In this document: positions 1 to 9,539 of the stretch, one piece after another | Position numbering within the stretch: the first letter of the stretch is position 1 | How the letters are laid out: each line of letters starts with the position of its first letter | NCBI GenBank assembly: GCA_965276655.1 | Contig: CBDIBD010000002.1 | Location: 277,923-341,922 of the forward strand | Reading direction: 5' to 3' | From: Acetobacteraceae bacterium | Lineage (GTDB): Bacteria > Pseudomonadota > Alphaproteobacteria > Acetobacterales > Acetobacteraceae | DNA length: 64,000 nt | Notes under the pieces: model-generated | The model's input: only the letters and a program-made list of their open reading frames with translations | The model's database searches: none | Told to the model about the DNA's origin: nothing | Translations under genes and position numbers: made by a program

Positions 1-1
1 C

Positions 2-730
2 GTGGGCATCGGTCTCGCGGTCGCCGGCGGCCTCGCCGCCGAAGGCGCGCATCTCGTGCTGGCGGCCCGCGACGCCTCGCGCCTCGCGCGCGAAGCCGGC
101 CGCCTCGCCGCCGAACACGGCGTCACGGTCGATCATGTCGCGGCCGACGTCGCCACCGCGCAAGGCTGCCAGGCGATCATCGACGCGGTCGGGCCGGCCG
201 GCGCGGACATGCTGATCAACAATGCCGGCGCCGGCTCCAACGAGACCATTCTCGCAGCCGACGACGCCAAGTGGCAGCATTACTGGGACCTGCACGTGAT
301 GGCGGCCGTTCGCCTCGGCCGCGGCCTCGCACCCGGCATGAAGCAGCGCGGCGGCGGCGTCATCCTGCACAACGCCTCGATCTGCGCGGTCCAGCCGCTG
401 CACTACGAGCCGATCTACAACGTCACCAAGGCGGCGCTGATGATGTTCTCCAAGACCTTGGCCAATGAGCTCGTGGGCGACAACATCCGCGTCAATTGCG
501 TCAATCCCGGGCTGATCCGCACGCCGGACTGGGTCAAGACCGCCAAGGAACTGGCGGGCGAGGGCTGGGAGGCGCATCTGCAGTCGGTCGCCGACGAGTA
601 CGCGCCGATCAAGCGCTTCGCGACGCCCGAGGAACTGGCGCACTTCTTCGTCTTCCTGTGTTCCGACAAGGCCAGCTACAGCATCGGATCCACCTACTTC
701 GTCGATGGCGGCATGCAGAAAGGGCTCTGA
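2..730 (+). CDS. SDR-family short-chain dehydrogenase/reductase, 5' end cut by the window edge
   Basis: ORF 2..730. SDR hallmarks are visible in the translation: NNAG (LINNAGAG), catalytic YxxxK (YNVTKAAL) and VNCVNPGLIRT. Confidence 0.8.
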   Translation: MGIGLAVAGGLAAEGAHLVLAARDASRLAREAGRLAAEHGVTVDHVAADVATAQGCQAIIDAVGPAGADMLINNAGAGSNETILAADDAKWQHYWDLHVMAAVRLGRGLAPGMKQRGGGVILHNASICAVQPLHYEPIYNVTKAALMMFSKTLANELVGDNIRVNCVNPGLIRTPDWVKTAKELAGEGWEAHLQSVADEYAPIKRFATPEELAHFFVFLCSDKASYSIGSTYFVDGGMQKGL

Positions 731-743
731 ACCCGTCATCGAG

Positions 744-1649
744 TCATGACCGCCGGGCAGGGGCGAGTTGCGGCCCGACCGTGTCGACCAGCCAGTCGAC
801 GAACACCCTCACCCGCGGCGAAAGCTGGCGGTTGCTCGGATAGAGCACAGAGATCGGCGTCGGGATCGGCGGGAAGTCGGCCAGCACCTCCACCAGGGCG
901 CCGGAGGCGAGGTCGTCCTCGAAACGGTGCCGCGGCGCCTGGATCAGGCCCAGTCCGAAGCGCGCCGCCGCGGCGCTGGTATCGGCGCCCCCAACCAGGA
1001 CGCGCGCCGGCAGCATTACCTCGATCGTCTCGCCGCCGGCGGTGAACTCCAGCGGCAGCACCTGGCCGGTGCGCGACGACACGAAGCCGATCATCACATG
1101 CCCGTCCAATCGGTCAGGCGACACCGGAACGCCACGCTCGGCGAGATAGCCTGGAGAAGCGCAAGTCATCTCTTGCATGACGCCGAGCCGCCTGATGACC
1201 ATCTCGCTGTCGGCAAGCGTGCCCGCACGCACCACGCAGTCGACGCCCTCGCGTATCAGATCGACGAAACGCTCGCCCTCATTGAGATGGACGGTCAGCG
1301 CCGGGTGCAGCGCCAGGAAGGCAGGCAGCCCTTGCAGCAGCATCGTGCGCGCGAGGTTGCCCGCGACATCGACCCGCAACAGCCCGGCCACCGCCCCGCT
1401 CGCACCCCGGTCGGCATCCTCCATCTCGGCGAGGATCCCCACGCAACGTCGATAATAGGCCTCGCCCTCGACCGTCGGCTGGACGTGCCGTGTGGAGCGC
1501 TGCAGGAGCCGCGCGCCGAGCCGCCGTTCCAGCGCCTTGATCGCGGCCGTCGCGACGGGCCGCGACACGCCGAGGTCCGAGGCCGCGGCCGTGAAGCTGC
1601 CGCGGTCGACGATGCGGACGAAGAGTTCCAGCGAAGTCAGTCGGTCCAT
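744..1649 (-). CDS. LysR-family transcriptional regulator
   Basis: The N-terminal wHTH MDRLTSLELFVRIVDRGSFTAAASDLGVSRPVATAAIKALERRLG is classic LysR. ORF track gives 744..1685, but the ATG at 1649 (MDRL...) is the likely start. Divergent from the SDR gene at 1751. Confidence 0.85.
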   Translation of the reverse strand: MDRLTSLELFVRIVDRGSFTAAASDLGVSRPVATAAIKALERRLGARLLQRSTRHVQPTVEGEAYYRRCVGILAEMEDADRGASGAVAGLLRVDVAGNLARTMLLQGLPAFLALHPALTVHLNEGERFVDLIREGVDCVVRAGTLADSEMVIRRLGVMQEMTCASPGYLAERGVPVSPDRLDGHVMIGFVSSRTGQVLPLEFTAGGETIEVMLPARVLVGGADTSAAAARFGLGLIQAPRHRFEDDLASGALVEVLADFPPIPTPISVLYPSNRQLSPRVRVFVDWLVDTVGPQLAPARRS

Positions 1650-1750
1650 CTTCATTGTTTCGACCGGCAAAACAAGGATGTCCATTCCGGCGCGCTAATC
1701 GCTCCTGGCCTGCCACTCCAGGTAACGGCGACCAGACATCGGAGGCACCC

Positions 1751-2524
1751 ATGCCCGAACAGCGTATCGCCCTCGTGACAGGCGGCAGCCGCGGCCTCGG
1801 CCGTTCGACCGTGCTCGCGCTGGCCGCCCGCGGCGTGCATTGCATCTTCACCTACAACAGCAACAGAGCCGCGGCGGACGAGGTGGTCGTTCTGGCGGAG
1901 AAGGCGGGGGCGGAGAAGGCGGGCGCCCGCGCGACCGCGCTCCGCCTCGACACCGGCAAGGCGGGCACCTTCGCGGACTTCGCGGCTGAGGTCCGGCGCG
2001 TGCTCGCCGGATGGGGCGCGGACCGGTTCGATTTTCTCGTCAACAATGCCGGCACCTCGCATCACGCCGGCATCGCCGATGTCACCGAGGAGGACTTCGA
2101 CAGGCTCTTCGACGTCCACGTCAAGGGCGTGTTCTTCCTGACGCAGAAGCTGCTGCCGCTCCTCCGCGACGGCGGCCGCATCGTGAACATCTCGTCGGGG
2201 CTCACCCGCATCATCTATCCCGGCAGCGCCGCCTACGGTGCGATGAAGGGCGCCGTCGAGGTGCTGACGAAATACATGGCCAAGGAGCTCGGTGATCGTC
2301 GCATCGCGGTCAATGTCGTCGCACCGGGCGCCGTCGAGACCGATTTCAGTGGCGGGATGGTGCGCGACAATCCCCACATCAACAGGCGCATTGCCGATGC
2401 GACCGCGCTTGGCCGCCCCGGCCTGCCGGACGATATCGGCCCGATGATCGCCTCGTTGCTGTCCGAGGACAATCGCTGGGTCAACGCCCAGCGGATCGAG
2501 GTCTCCGGCGGGATGATGATCTGA
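1751..2524 (+). CDS. SDR-family oxidoreductase
   Basis: ATG at 1751 is preceded by GGAGG (1741-1745). Motifs: TGGSRGLG cofactor loop, NNAG, YGAMKGAV (YxxxK). The track ORF 1655..2524 starts too early. Confidence 0.85.
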   Translation: MPEQRIALVTGGSRGLGRSTVLALAARGVHCIFTYNSNRAAADEVVVLAEKAGAEKAGARATALRLDTGKAGTFADFAAEVRRVLAGWGADRFDFLVNNAGTSHHAGIADVTEEDFDRLFDVHVKGVFFLTQKLLPLLRDGGRIVNISSGLTRIIYPGSAAYGAMKGAVEVLTKYMAKELGDRRIAVNVVAPGAVETDFSGGMVRDNPHINRRIADATALGRPGLPDDIGPMIASLLSEDNRWVNAQRIEVSGGMMI

Positions 2525-2551
2525 CGAGGCTGATGGGCGGCAACCCGCCCA

Positions 2552-3517
2552 TTAGCCGCCGGAGGCGGCGCGACCGGGCAGGATCAGCAGCTTGCCGCGT
2601 GCGTGCCCACTCCGGCACCGTGCGAGCGCCGCGCGCCACTCCGCCATGCCGAACGTGTGTCCCACCGGCACGGTGAAGCGCCCTTCCGCGGCAAGCTGGG
2701 CAAAGTGGCAGAGCACATCGTAGCGTGGAACCAGGCCAGGCTCCCGGCCCGTCGTGCGGACGCCGAGCCTTCCCTCGTCGAAGTCGCTGATGCTCATCAC
2801 GCGATCGGGGTCGCCGACGATCCCGACCAGGTCCGGCAGCACGTTCGGCACCAGCGCGGTGTGCAGAACCAGATCGGGCGCCCCGCCCGCGATACCGCGA
2901 ACCCGCTCCGCCATCCCGTCGCCATAGGTCGTGACCTTCGCACCGAGGTCGCGCAAGCGGCCTGCGAAGGTCTCGCCCGCGGTCGCAATCACGCGCGCGC
3001 CGCGCAGGAGCGCCATCTGGACAGCGGCAAACCCGACCATCGTCCCGCCACCGTTGATCAGGATGGTCTGTCCCGCGGCCAGGCCGAGCAGATCGAGACT
3101 GCGGAACGCCGTCTCGACGGCCATCGGCAACGCAGCCGCGTCGAGGAGGTCCAGGCCATCGGGAACCGGCGCCCACGCGGCCAGGACCGCATGGTCCGAC
3201 GCTCCGGCGGTGGGATAGCCCATGAAGTCGGGAACGCCGAAGACGTGGTCACCCGTCTGGATGTTCGTGACATCGTCCCCGACGGAATCGACGGTGCCGG
3301 ACACATCCAGCCCGATCCCGCGCGGCAGCGCGCCGGGCATGAAACCCAGGCACAAGACCCAATCCATCGGGTTCAGCGCGCAGGCGCGCACGCGCACGCG
3401 GATCTGGCCCGGTCCTGGATTTGGAACCGGAGCGTCCTCGAGGCGCAGCACGTCGGTCCACTCACCGTGGCGATGGAAGCGAAGGGTTTGCATGCTCTCA
3501 GGTTCCGGGCGGCTCAT
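2552..3517 (-). CDS. Zinc-type alcohol dehydrogenase / NADPH:quinone oxidoreductase (MDR superfamily)
   Basis: 321-aa ORF. It has a GroES-like N-terminus (IRVRVRACALNPMDW) and a Rossmann loop (ILINGGGTMVGFAAVQMA). An alternative start is the ATG at 3493 (MQTL). Confidence 0.8.
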   Translation of the reverse strand: MSRPEPESMQTLRFHRHGEWTDVLRLEDAPVPNPGPGQIRVRVRACALNPMDWVLCLGFMPGALPRGIGLDVSGTVDSVGDDVTNIQTGDHVFGVPDFMGYPTAGASDHAVLAAWAPVPDGLDLLDAAALPMAVETAFRSLDLLGLAAGQTILINGGGTMVGFAAVQMALLRGARVIATAGETFAGRLRDLGAKVTTYGDGMAERVRGIAGGAPDLVLHTALVPNVLPDLVGIVGDPDRVMSISDFDEGRLGVRTTGREPGLVPRYDVLCHFAQLAAEGRFTVPVGHTFGMAEWRAALARCRSGHARGKLLILPGRAASGG

Positions 3518-3605
3518 GCCGGCTCTTCGTCGATCGCCTTGTTTCGTCAGTGACTGACATATCCTGTGTCGTCAGCCGCTGACAAGACCATGACCCGGGG
3601 TTGCT

Positions 3606-3923
3606 CTAGCCGGTCACCGCGGCGCGCAGGATGCCGTCGACCCAGTTGAGGGCGCCGATCCAGGCGATCGCCAACGTCGCGAAAGCGACCAGGGCGGCGG
3701 ACGCTGGCACGATGATATGCCCGGACGGATGGTCCTGAGCGTTGGCAGCCAGTCCGCGAGGGTCCCGTCGGGGGAACCGGATGAGTGTCGCCTCCGCGTG
3801 ACCCGCAGCACAACGGCGGGACAGCTTCGCCGCTCGGCGCCCGAAAGGCAGCACAACGGCATCCGCCTCCCAAAGAGGGCGTCGATCGTCGCTCGGTGGT
3901 GGCATCGCGTCGCCTCGCCGCAT
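3606..3923 (-). CDS. Hypothetical small protein with a C-terminal transmembrane segment
   Basis: Only plausible ORF in the 590-bp gap between qor and gltX. Hydrophobic stretch IIVPASAALVAFATLAIAWIGALNWV. No family recognised. Confidence 0.3.
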   Translation of the reverse strand: MRRGDAMPPPSDDRRPLWEADAVVLPFGRRAAKLSRRCAAGHAEATLIRFPRRDPRGLAANAQDHPSGHIIVPASAALVAFATLAIAWIGALNWVDGILRAAVTG

Positions 3924-4107
3924 TGGACGGCGCTGCTGGCAGCATGCCGATCCGGTGAGCGCGTTGGCTGACGGAAACGCTTACGGCCGTGCGATCACGG
4001 CCTGGCACAAGTGCGGCCGCAAGCGAGGCGGTTCAAGAGACGATCGCGCTGCGCGTGCACTGGCATTCCGCGACCGAGCCTGCACGCGGCCGGCGTGCTC
4101 GATGACG

Positions 4108-5451
4108 TCAACCGACCGCAAGCGCCAGTCGCGCGGCCGTCCGCGGGCGGCCGATCAGCGGCAGCAGCGCGCGAAGCTCCGGGCCGTGGTCCTCGCCGGT
4201 CAGCACCAGGCGCAGCGGTTGGAACAGCGCCTTGCCGGCCTTGCCCGTCCGCGTCTTCAGTGCCGAAGTCCAGTCGTGCCAGGTCGCGTCGTTCCAGGGC
4301 TCGGCGGGCAGCAGGTCCAGCGCGGTCCTGACGATCGAGGTTTCCTCGGGCTGCAGCACCGGCGGCATCAGGTCGTCGCTGGCCACCACCTGATGCCACG
4401 CCCGGGCTTCGGTCAGCAGGTCGAGATTGGCACGGATCGCGAACCAGAACGCCTCGCTCGCGCCCTCCGGAAGCCTGGCTTTCGCATCCTCGAAGGCGAG
4501 ATGGGCGATGACCTTGCGGTTCAGCGCCAGGAGCTGCCTGGTGTCGAACCTCGGCTGCGCGTGGCTGACATGGGCGAGGTCCTGCGAAGCCGCGAGCTCC
4601 TCGATGGTCAGCGGCTCGGGATCGTCGGACGTGCCGAGCCGCGCTAGATAGCTGGCCACCGCGCGCGGCTCGACGCCGTCGTGGCGGAGCTGCCTGAGCG
4701 TGAAGGCGCCGCCGGTGCGCTTGCTGAGCTTGCCGCCGTCATCCCCCGTCAGCAGCGGCAGGTGGCCGAACTGGAAATGGTCGCGCTTGGCACCCAGGGC
4801 GGCGGCGAGATCGATCTGCACGCCGGTGTTGGTGACGTGGTCCTCGCCGCGGATGATGTGGGTGATGCCGGTCTCGAGATCGTCGACGACGCTCGCGAAG
4901 GTATACAGGAACGTGCCGTCGGCACGGATCAGCACCGGATCGCTGACGGAAGTCAGCCTGACGTCGCGACGGCCGCCGACGAGATCGACCCAGAACACCG
5001 GCGCGTCGCCGAGCCGGAACCGCCAGTACGGCGTCTTGCCGTTCGACTCCGCCTGGGTCCGCTGCGCGTCGGTCATGCGCAATGACCCCCGATCATAGAT
5101 CGGCGGCTTGCGGGCGCGGATCCGCGCCTCGCGCTTGGCCTTCAGCTCCGCCTCGGATTCGAAGCATGGATAGAGCCGGCCGGCGGCCTTGAGGCGCCCG
5201 GCCGCCGCCTCGTAACGGTCGAGATGCTCGGTCTGGCGGAACGATTCCTGCCAATCCAGACCCAGCCACCGCAGATCGGCCTCGATCGCCGGCTCGAACT
5301 CCGCGGCCCGCGTGCGCGCGCTGTCGGTGTCGTCGAAGCGGAGCTGGAAGATCGCGCCGTGGCGGTGGGCATAGAGCGCGTTGGCGACCGCCTGGCGGGC
5401 GTTGCCCACGTGAAGATAGCCGGTGGGGCTCGGCGCGAAGCGGAGCTTCAC
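4108..5451 (-). CDS. gltX: Glutamate--tRNA ligase
   Basis: HIGH region (SPTGYLHVGNAR) and KMSKS-like loop (KLSKR). 447 aa. The GTG start overlaps the upstream stop (GTGA). Confidence 0.9.
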   Translation of the reverse strand: MKLRFAPSPTGYLHVGNARQAVANALYAHRHGAIFQLRFDDTDSARTRAAEFEPAIEADLRWLGLDWQESFRQTEHLDRYEAAAGRLKAAGRLYPCFESEAELKAKREARIRARKPPIYDRGSLRMTDAQRTQAESNGKTPYWRFRLGDAPVFWVDLVGGRRDVRLTSVSDPVLIRADGTFLYTFASVVDDLETGITHIIRGEDHVTNTGVQIDLAAALGAKRDHFQFGHLPLLTGDDGGKLSKRTGGAFTLRQLRHDGVEPRAVASYLARLGTSDDPEPLTIEELAASQDLAHVSHAQPRFDTRQLLALNRKVIAHLAFEDAKARLPEGASEAFWFAIRANLDLLTEARAWHQVVASDDLMPPVLQPEETSIVRTALDLLPAEPWNDATWHDWTSALKTRTGKAGKALFQPLRLVLTGEDHGPELRALLPLIGRPRTAARLALAVG

Positions 5452-5843
5452 GCGGTGTCCTCGTCGTCGGGCGCGTCGCGTCTCGGGTCGATCGCGCGCC
5501 AGTCACGCTCGATCTCGCCCGCGGGCCGCTCGGCGAAATGGTCGAGCTCGGTCGCACTTCGCCAGGTCTGCTCCGCCGGCGCCTCGATCACGTGGGCGTC
5601 CTCGCCGTACGCGAACCAGGCGGCGATCACCTCGCGGCCGGTCATGCCGGGCTGGCGGCAGAGCTCGATGCTGTCGCGGACATAGGCGCGCGCGAACGCG
5701 TTCGCGTGCATCAAGGTTGGGAAACCGCGGACCTCCTCGACGACATCGTCGTCGCCGGCATTGCCGCCCGACAGGTCGAGGATGCGCACGCGCCAGCCGC
5801 CCTCGGGCGCGAACAGCTCGGGCAGCTCGATCTCGTCGCTCAT
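5448..5843 (-). CDS. Hypothetical acidic 131-aa protein
   Basis: Intact ORF. It is translationally coupled at both ends: ATGA with the upstream gene and GTGA with gltX. No family recognised. Confidence 0.6.
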   Translation of the reverse strand: MSDEIELPELFAPEGGWRVRILDLSGGNAGDDDVVEEVRGFPTLMHANAFARAYVRDSIELCRQPGMTGREVIAAWFAYGEDAHVIEAPAEQTWRSATELDHFAERPAGEIERDWRAIDPRRDAPDDEDTA

Positions 5844-7054
5844 GCGGCAGGATGTGGATCGACGGGCTCGGTCTGGAAGGTCGTGCCGTTCCGTCGCCCG
5901 TGCTCCTCCTGGCGCCCATGCTCCTCCTGACGCCGCAGCAGGAACTCGCGGCCGAGCTTGACGCGCGGGCTCCCGTCATAGGCCACGATGTCGGCGGTGG
6001 CGTAGGTCTCGGACCAGATATCGGGAATGAAGCTGCCGGTGCCGACGAGGTCGATCGGCGCGCCCGCATCGAACATGACGCGGCACTTGGCGGTGTTGAA
6101 GCCGGACGAGACCGCGATCGTGACCTTCGGGAAGCCGGCGGCGTCCAGTTCGTCGCGCAGGTGCCAGATCGCGGCGGCCGAGACGCCGGTGCCAACGAGG
6201 TGGCGCAGCTCGTCCTGGCTGCGGTAGCGGCGGATCGCGCCGGGCGCATGACGCTCGAGCACGCCGTAGCTGATGGCGGGATCGAGACCCTCGAGGAAAC
6301 GGGCGCCGTGGGTGTCGAGGCGGACGCCGACCTGGCCCGCGCGGGCGAGATCGGGAAAGCGACGGCACACGTCGAGCGTGTCGCTGACCTCGCGGCCGAA
6401 ATAGTCCGGCAGCACGACAAGACGCTGGTCGGGAAAGGTCTCGTGGAACATCTCGGCCGCCCGGAGCGTGGTCCCGGCATAGCCGATCAGCGCGTGCGGC
6501 ATGGTGCCGTAGCCCGCTTCGGCGCCGAAGAAATGCGCGGTCGCGTCGGTCGCGTTGCCGATGAAGCCGCGCGCACCCTCGCGCTGCGCGGCCCGGCTGC
6601 CGACGCTGGCGGCGTAGGCCATCTGGATCTGCATCTCCTCGCCGGCGCAATGACGCGCGTCCATGGCGAGAAACGGCACGTCGGGCAGGGCCACGCACAT
6701 CTGATAGGCATTGTGGGCGGCGACCGAGGCGGGACCGACCTTCTGCAACAGCAGGGTCTCGAGGTCGGCGAGATGGGCGAAGCTGCCGGTGATGTAGGCC
6801 AGCGGCTCGCCGGCGCCGACCCAGTCGCCCTCCTGGTGGGTCTCGTCGACGATGAAGCGCGTGTGACGCGCGGCGGCGACCGTCGCGATCCAGTCGCTCA
6901 TCAGCCGGCACGCCGCGATCACCGGCCGGCGGAGGAAGACGGCGTAGGTGACGCGGGCGTCGCCGAAGCGCTCGACGACGGCGCGCGTCCGGTTGAAGTA
7001 GGTGTCGGTGCGCGCGTGGATGTCGGCATCGAGCGCGTCCTGATGCGCGCTCAT
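5840..7054 (-). CDS. Nicotinate phosphoribosyltransferase (approx. 400-aa type)
   Basis: This is the C-terminal 404 codons of the artefactual 1188-aa track ORF 5840..9406. The ATG at 7054 overlaps the DAHP synthase stop (ATGA). Motifs [16 protein letters not shown] and VSSGF fit the type II PRTase/NAPRT family (assignment from memory). Confidence 0.75.
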   Translation of the reverse strand: MSAHQDALDADIHARTDTYFNRTRAVVERFGDARVTYAVFLRRPVIAACRLMSDWIATVAAARHTRFIVDETHQEGDWVGAGEPLAYITGSFAHLADLETLLLQKVGPASVAAHNAYQMCVALPDVPFLAMDARHCAGEEMQIQMAYAASVGSRAAQREGARGFIGNATDATAHFFGAEAGYGTMPHALIGYAGTTLRAAEMFHETFPDQRLVVLPDYFGREVSDTLDVCRRFPDLARAGQVGVRLDTHGARFLEGLDPAISYGVLERHAPGAIRRYRSQDELRHLVGTGVSAAAIWHLRDELDAAGFPKVTIAVSSGFNTAKCRVMFDAGAPIDLVGTGSFIPDIWSETYATADIVAYDGSPRVKLGREFLLRRQEEHGRQEEHGRRNGTTFQTEPVDPHPAA

Positions 7055-8448
7055 TCGGCGGCCACCTTTCCTGCGGCCGAGGCGCTTCGACGCGCCTTGA
7101 GTTCCTCCGCGATCAGGAACGCCATCTCGAGCGACTGCTCGGCATTCAGCCGCGGATCGCAGAACGTCTCGTAGCGCGCCGACAGGTCGGCCTCCGTCAG
7201 CCGGTGGGCACCGCCGACGCATTCGGTGACGTCCTGGCCGGTCATCTCGACATGCACACCGCCGGGCGGGATCTGCTCGGCCGCCAGCACATCGAAGAAG
7301 GTGCGAAGCTCCGACAGGATGGCATCGAACGAGCGCGTCTTGACGCCGAGCGTCGTGCTTGTGGTGTTGCCGTGCATCGGGTCGCACAGCCAGACCGGGA
7401 TGCGACCGGATCGGCGGACGGCGCGAACCAGCGGCGGAAGCGCATGGGACACCTTCTCGACGCCCATGCGGCTGATCAGCGTGGCGCGGCCGGGGACCCG
7501 GTCGGGATCGATCGTGTCGAGCAGGGCCAGCACGTCGTCCGGCTGCGTCGCGGGCCCGATCTTGATGCCGATCGGGTTGTTGATGCCGCGGCAGAACGCG
7601 ACATGGGCGCCGTCGAGCTGGCGGGTGCGCTCCCCGATCCACAGGAAATGCGCCGAGCAGCCATACCAGTCGCCGGTGGTGGAATCGATCCGTGTCAGCG
7701 CCTGCTCGTAAGGCAGCAGGAGCGCCTCGTGACTGGTGTAGAACTCGGTCTCGTTGATGTGCGGCGCACCACCCATGCCGCACGCCTCCATGAAGGCGAG
7801 CGTCTCGTCGATGCGGCCGGCGAGGTCGCCGTAGCGGGCGGCGAGGGGAGAGCGGCGCACGAAACCGAGATTCCAGCGATGCACCTGATGCAGGTTGGCA
7901 TAGCCGCCGGAGGCGAAGGCGCGCAGCAGGTTGAGCGTGCCGGCGGACTGGAAATAGCCGGTCTCCATCCGCGCCGGATCGGGCGTGCGGTCGGCTTCGG
8001 TGAACGCCGGCCCGTTGACGATGTCGCCACGGTAGCTGGGCAGCGTCGCACCGTCCTGCATCTCCGCGTCCGACGAGCGCGGCTTGGCGAACTGGCCGGC
8101 CATGCGGCCGACCTTGACCACCGGCAGCGTGGCCCCGAACGTCAGCACGACCGCCATCTGCAGCAGCACCCGGAAGGTGTCGCGGATGATGTCGGCGGTG
8201 AACTCGCCGAAACTCTCCGCGCAGGCGCCGCCCTGGAGCACGAAGGCGCGTCCGGCGGCGGCGTCGGCGAGATGCGCCCGGAGCCGTCGCGCTTCGCCCG
8301 CGAACACCAGCGGCGGATAGGCGCGCAGCCGCGCCTCGGTCGCTGCAAGCGCCGCCTGGTCGGGGTAGGCGGGGATCTGGCGGACCGGATGGGCGCGCCA
8401 GGTGTCCGGCGACCAGGTCGCGGTTGCATCCCTCGTGTGCGCGCTCAT
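7051..8448 (-). CDS. 3-deoxy-7-phosphoheptulonate (DAHP) synthase, class II
   Basis: Start at ATG 8448 (MSAHTRD...), 465 aa. Class II motifs: [45 protein letters not shown]. Confidence 0.9.
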   Translation of the reverse strand: MSAHTRDATATWSPDTWRAHPVRQIPAYPDQAALAATEARLRAYPPLVFAGEARRLRAHLADAAAGRAFVLQGGACAESFGEFTADIIRDTFRVLLQMAVVLTFGATLPVVKVGRMAGQFAKPRSSDAEMQDGATLPSYRGDIVNGPAFTEADRTPDPARMETGYFQSAGTLNLLRAFASGGYANLHQVHRWNLGFVRRSPLAARYGDLAGRIDETLAFMEACGMGGAPHINETEFYTSHEALLLPYEQALTRIDSTTGDWYGCSAHFLWIGERTRQLDGAHVAFCRGINNPIGIKIGPATQPDDVLALLDTIDPDRVPGRATLISRMGVEKVSHALPPLVRAVRRSGRIPVWLCDPMHGNTTSTTLGVKTRSFDAILSELRTFFDVLAAEQIPPGGVHVEMTGQDVTECVGGAHRLTEADLSARYETFCDPRLNAEQSLEMAFLIAEELKARRSASAAGKVAAE

Positions 8449-8608
8449 GATGTCGGTATCCGGTGCCTTTCCGCGTGACCGCGGGTGGTGCGCCCATTCG
8501 GCAGCCGAGGCAAGGCCGGGACGATCGACCGCCGGCGAGACAATCGGCATGATCTGCAACCGTCCCGGTCGAGGCGGCTTGAAACGTTCGTGCGGTTCGC
8601 GCTGGGGG

Positions 8609-9535
8609 ATGACGGTGGACGCATTGTCGGTTCGGTCGAACGGTCGATCTCGCGTCGCATGGCGCCCGTGGGCGCTCCTCGTCGCGCCGATAGCGCTCGG
8701 CGGCTGCGAACCCGCGGTGCTCGCGCCGGCGGGCCCGGTGGGATTGGCGGAAAAGACGATCCTGCTCGACTCGGTCGCGATCATGCTCGTCATCGTCGTG
8801 CCGACGATCGTGGCGACCCTGGGTTTCGCCTGGTGGTATCGGGCGTCCAACAGACGCGCGCGCTACCGGCCCGACTGGGCCTATTCGGGCCGGGTCGAAC
8901 TCATCACCTGGGCGATCCCGCTGCTGACCATCACCCTGCTCGGCGGCGTCACCTGGGTCGGGTCGCACCTGCTCGACCCGGGGCGCCCGATCGAGAGCGC
9001 CAAGCCGCCCCTCGATGTCGAGGTCGTGGCACTCGACTGGAAGTGGCTGTTCATCTACCCGCAGCAGCGGATCGCGAGCGTCAACGCGCTGTCGCTGCCG
9101 GTGGGCGTCCCGGTGCGCTTCACCATGACGTCCGCGAGCGTGCTCAACGCGTTCTTCATCCCGCGCCTCGGCAGCATGATCTATGTGATGAACGGCATGA
9201 CGTCGCGTCTGAACCTGCTGGTCGACACGCCCGGTCAATACAGCGGCCTGTCGTCGCACTATAGCGGCGACGGCTTCTCCGACATGAACTTCACCATGCG
9301 GGCCATGGCGCCCGACCAGTTCGCGCGCTGGGTCGACGCATCCCGGCGCTCGGGCCCGACGCTGGACGAGGCGGCCTACACGGCGCTCGAGCGCCAGAGC
9401 AAGCACGTCGCCCCGATGATGTTCGCCGCCGCCGATCCGGCGCTGTTCGGCCGCATCGTCTCGCAGGAGCTGCCGCCCGCTTCAGGCCCCGAGGCGGCGC
9501 GTGCCCACAACGACGTCACCCCACGGACGGATTGA
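8609..9535 (+). CDS. cyoA: Cytochrome o/bo3 ubiquinol oxidase subunit II
   Basis: ATG at 8609 follows a G-rich RBS. Two N-terminal TM helices and a cupredoxin domain without the CuA ligand pattern. Followed by cyoBCD. Confidence 0.9.
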   Translation: MTVDALSVRSNGRSRVAWRPWALLVAPIALGGCEPAVLAPAGPVGLAEKTILLDSVAIMLVIVVPTIVATLGFAWWYRASNRRARYRPDWAYSGRVELITWAIPLLTITLLGGVTWVGSHLLDPGRPIESAKPPLDVEVVALDWKWLFIYPQQRIASVNALSLPVGVPVRFTMTSASVLNAFFIPRLGSMIYVMNGMTSRLNLLVDTPGQYSGLSSHYSGDGFSDMNFTMRAMAPDQFARWVDASRRSGPTLDEAAYTALERQSKHVAPMMFAAADPALFGRIVSQELPPASGPEAARAHNDVTPRTD

Positions 9536-9539
9536 CCGG

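Noticed and set aside
5840-9406. 1188-aa minus-strand ORF, the largest in the track
   Set aside because: Only its last 404 codons (from ATG 7054) look like a real protein, the NAPRT. The upstream part is Arg/Pro/Ala-rich shadow frame lying over the DAHP synthase gene and antisense to cyoA.
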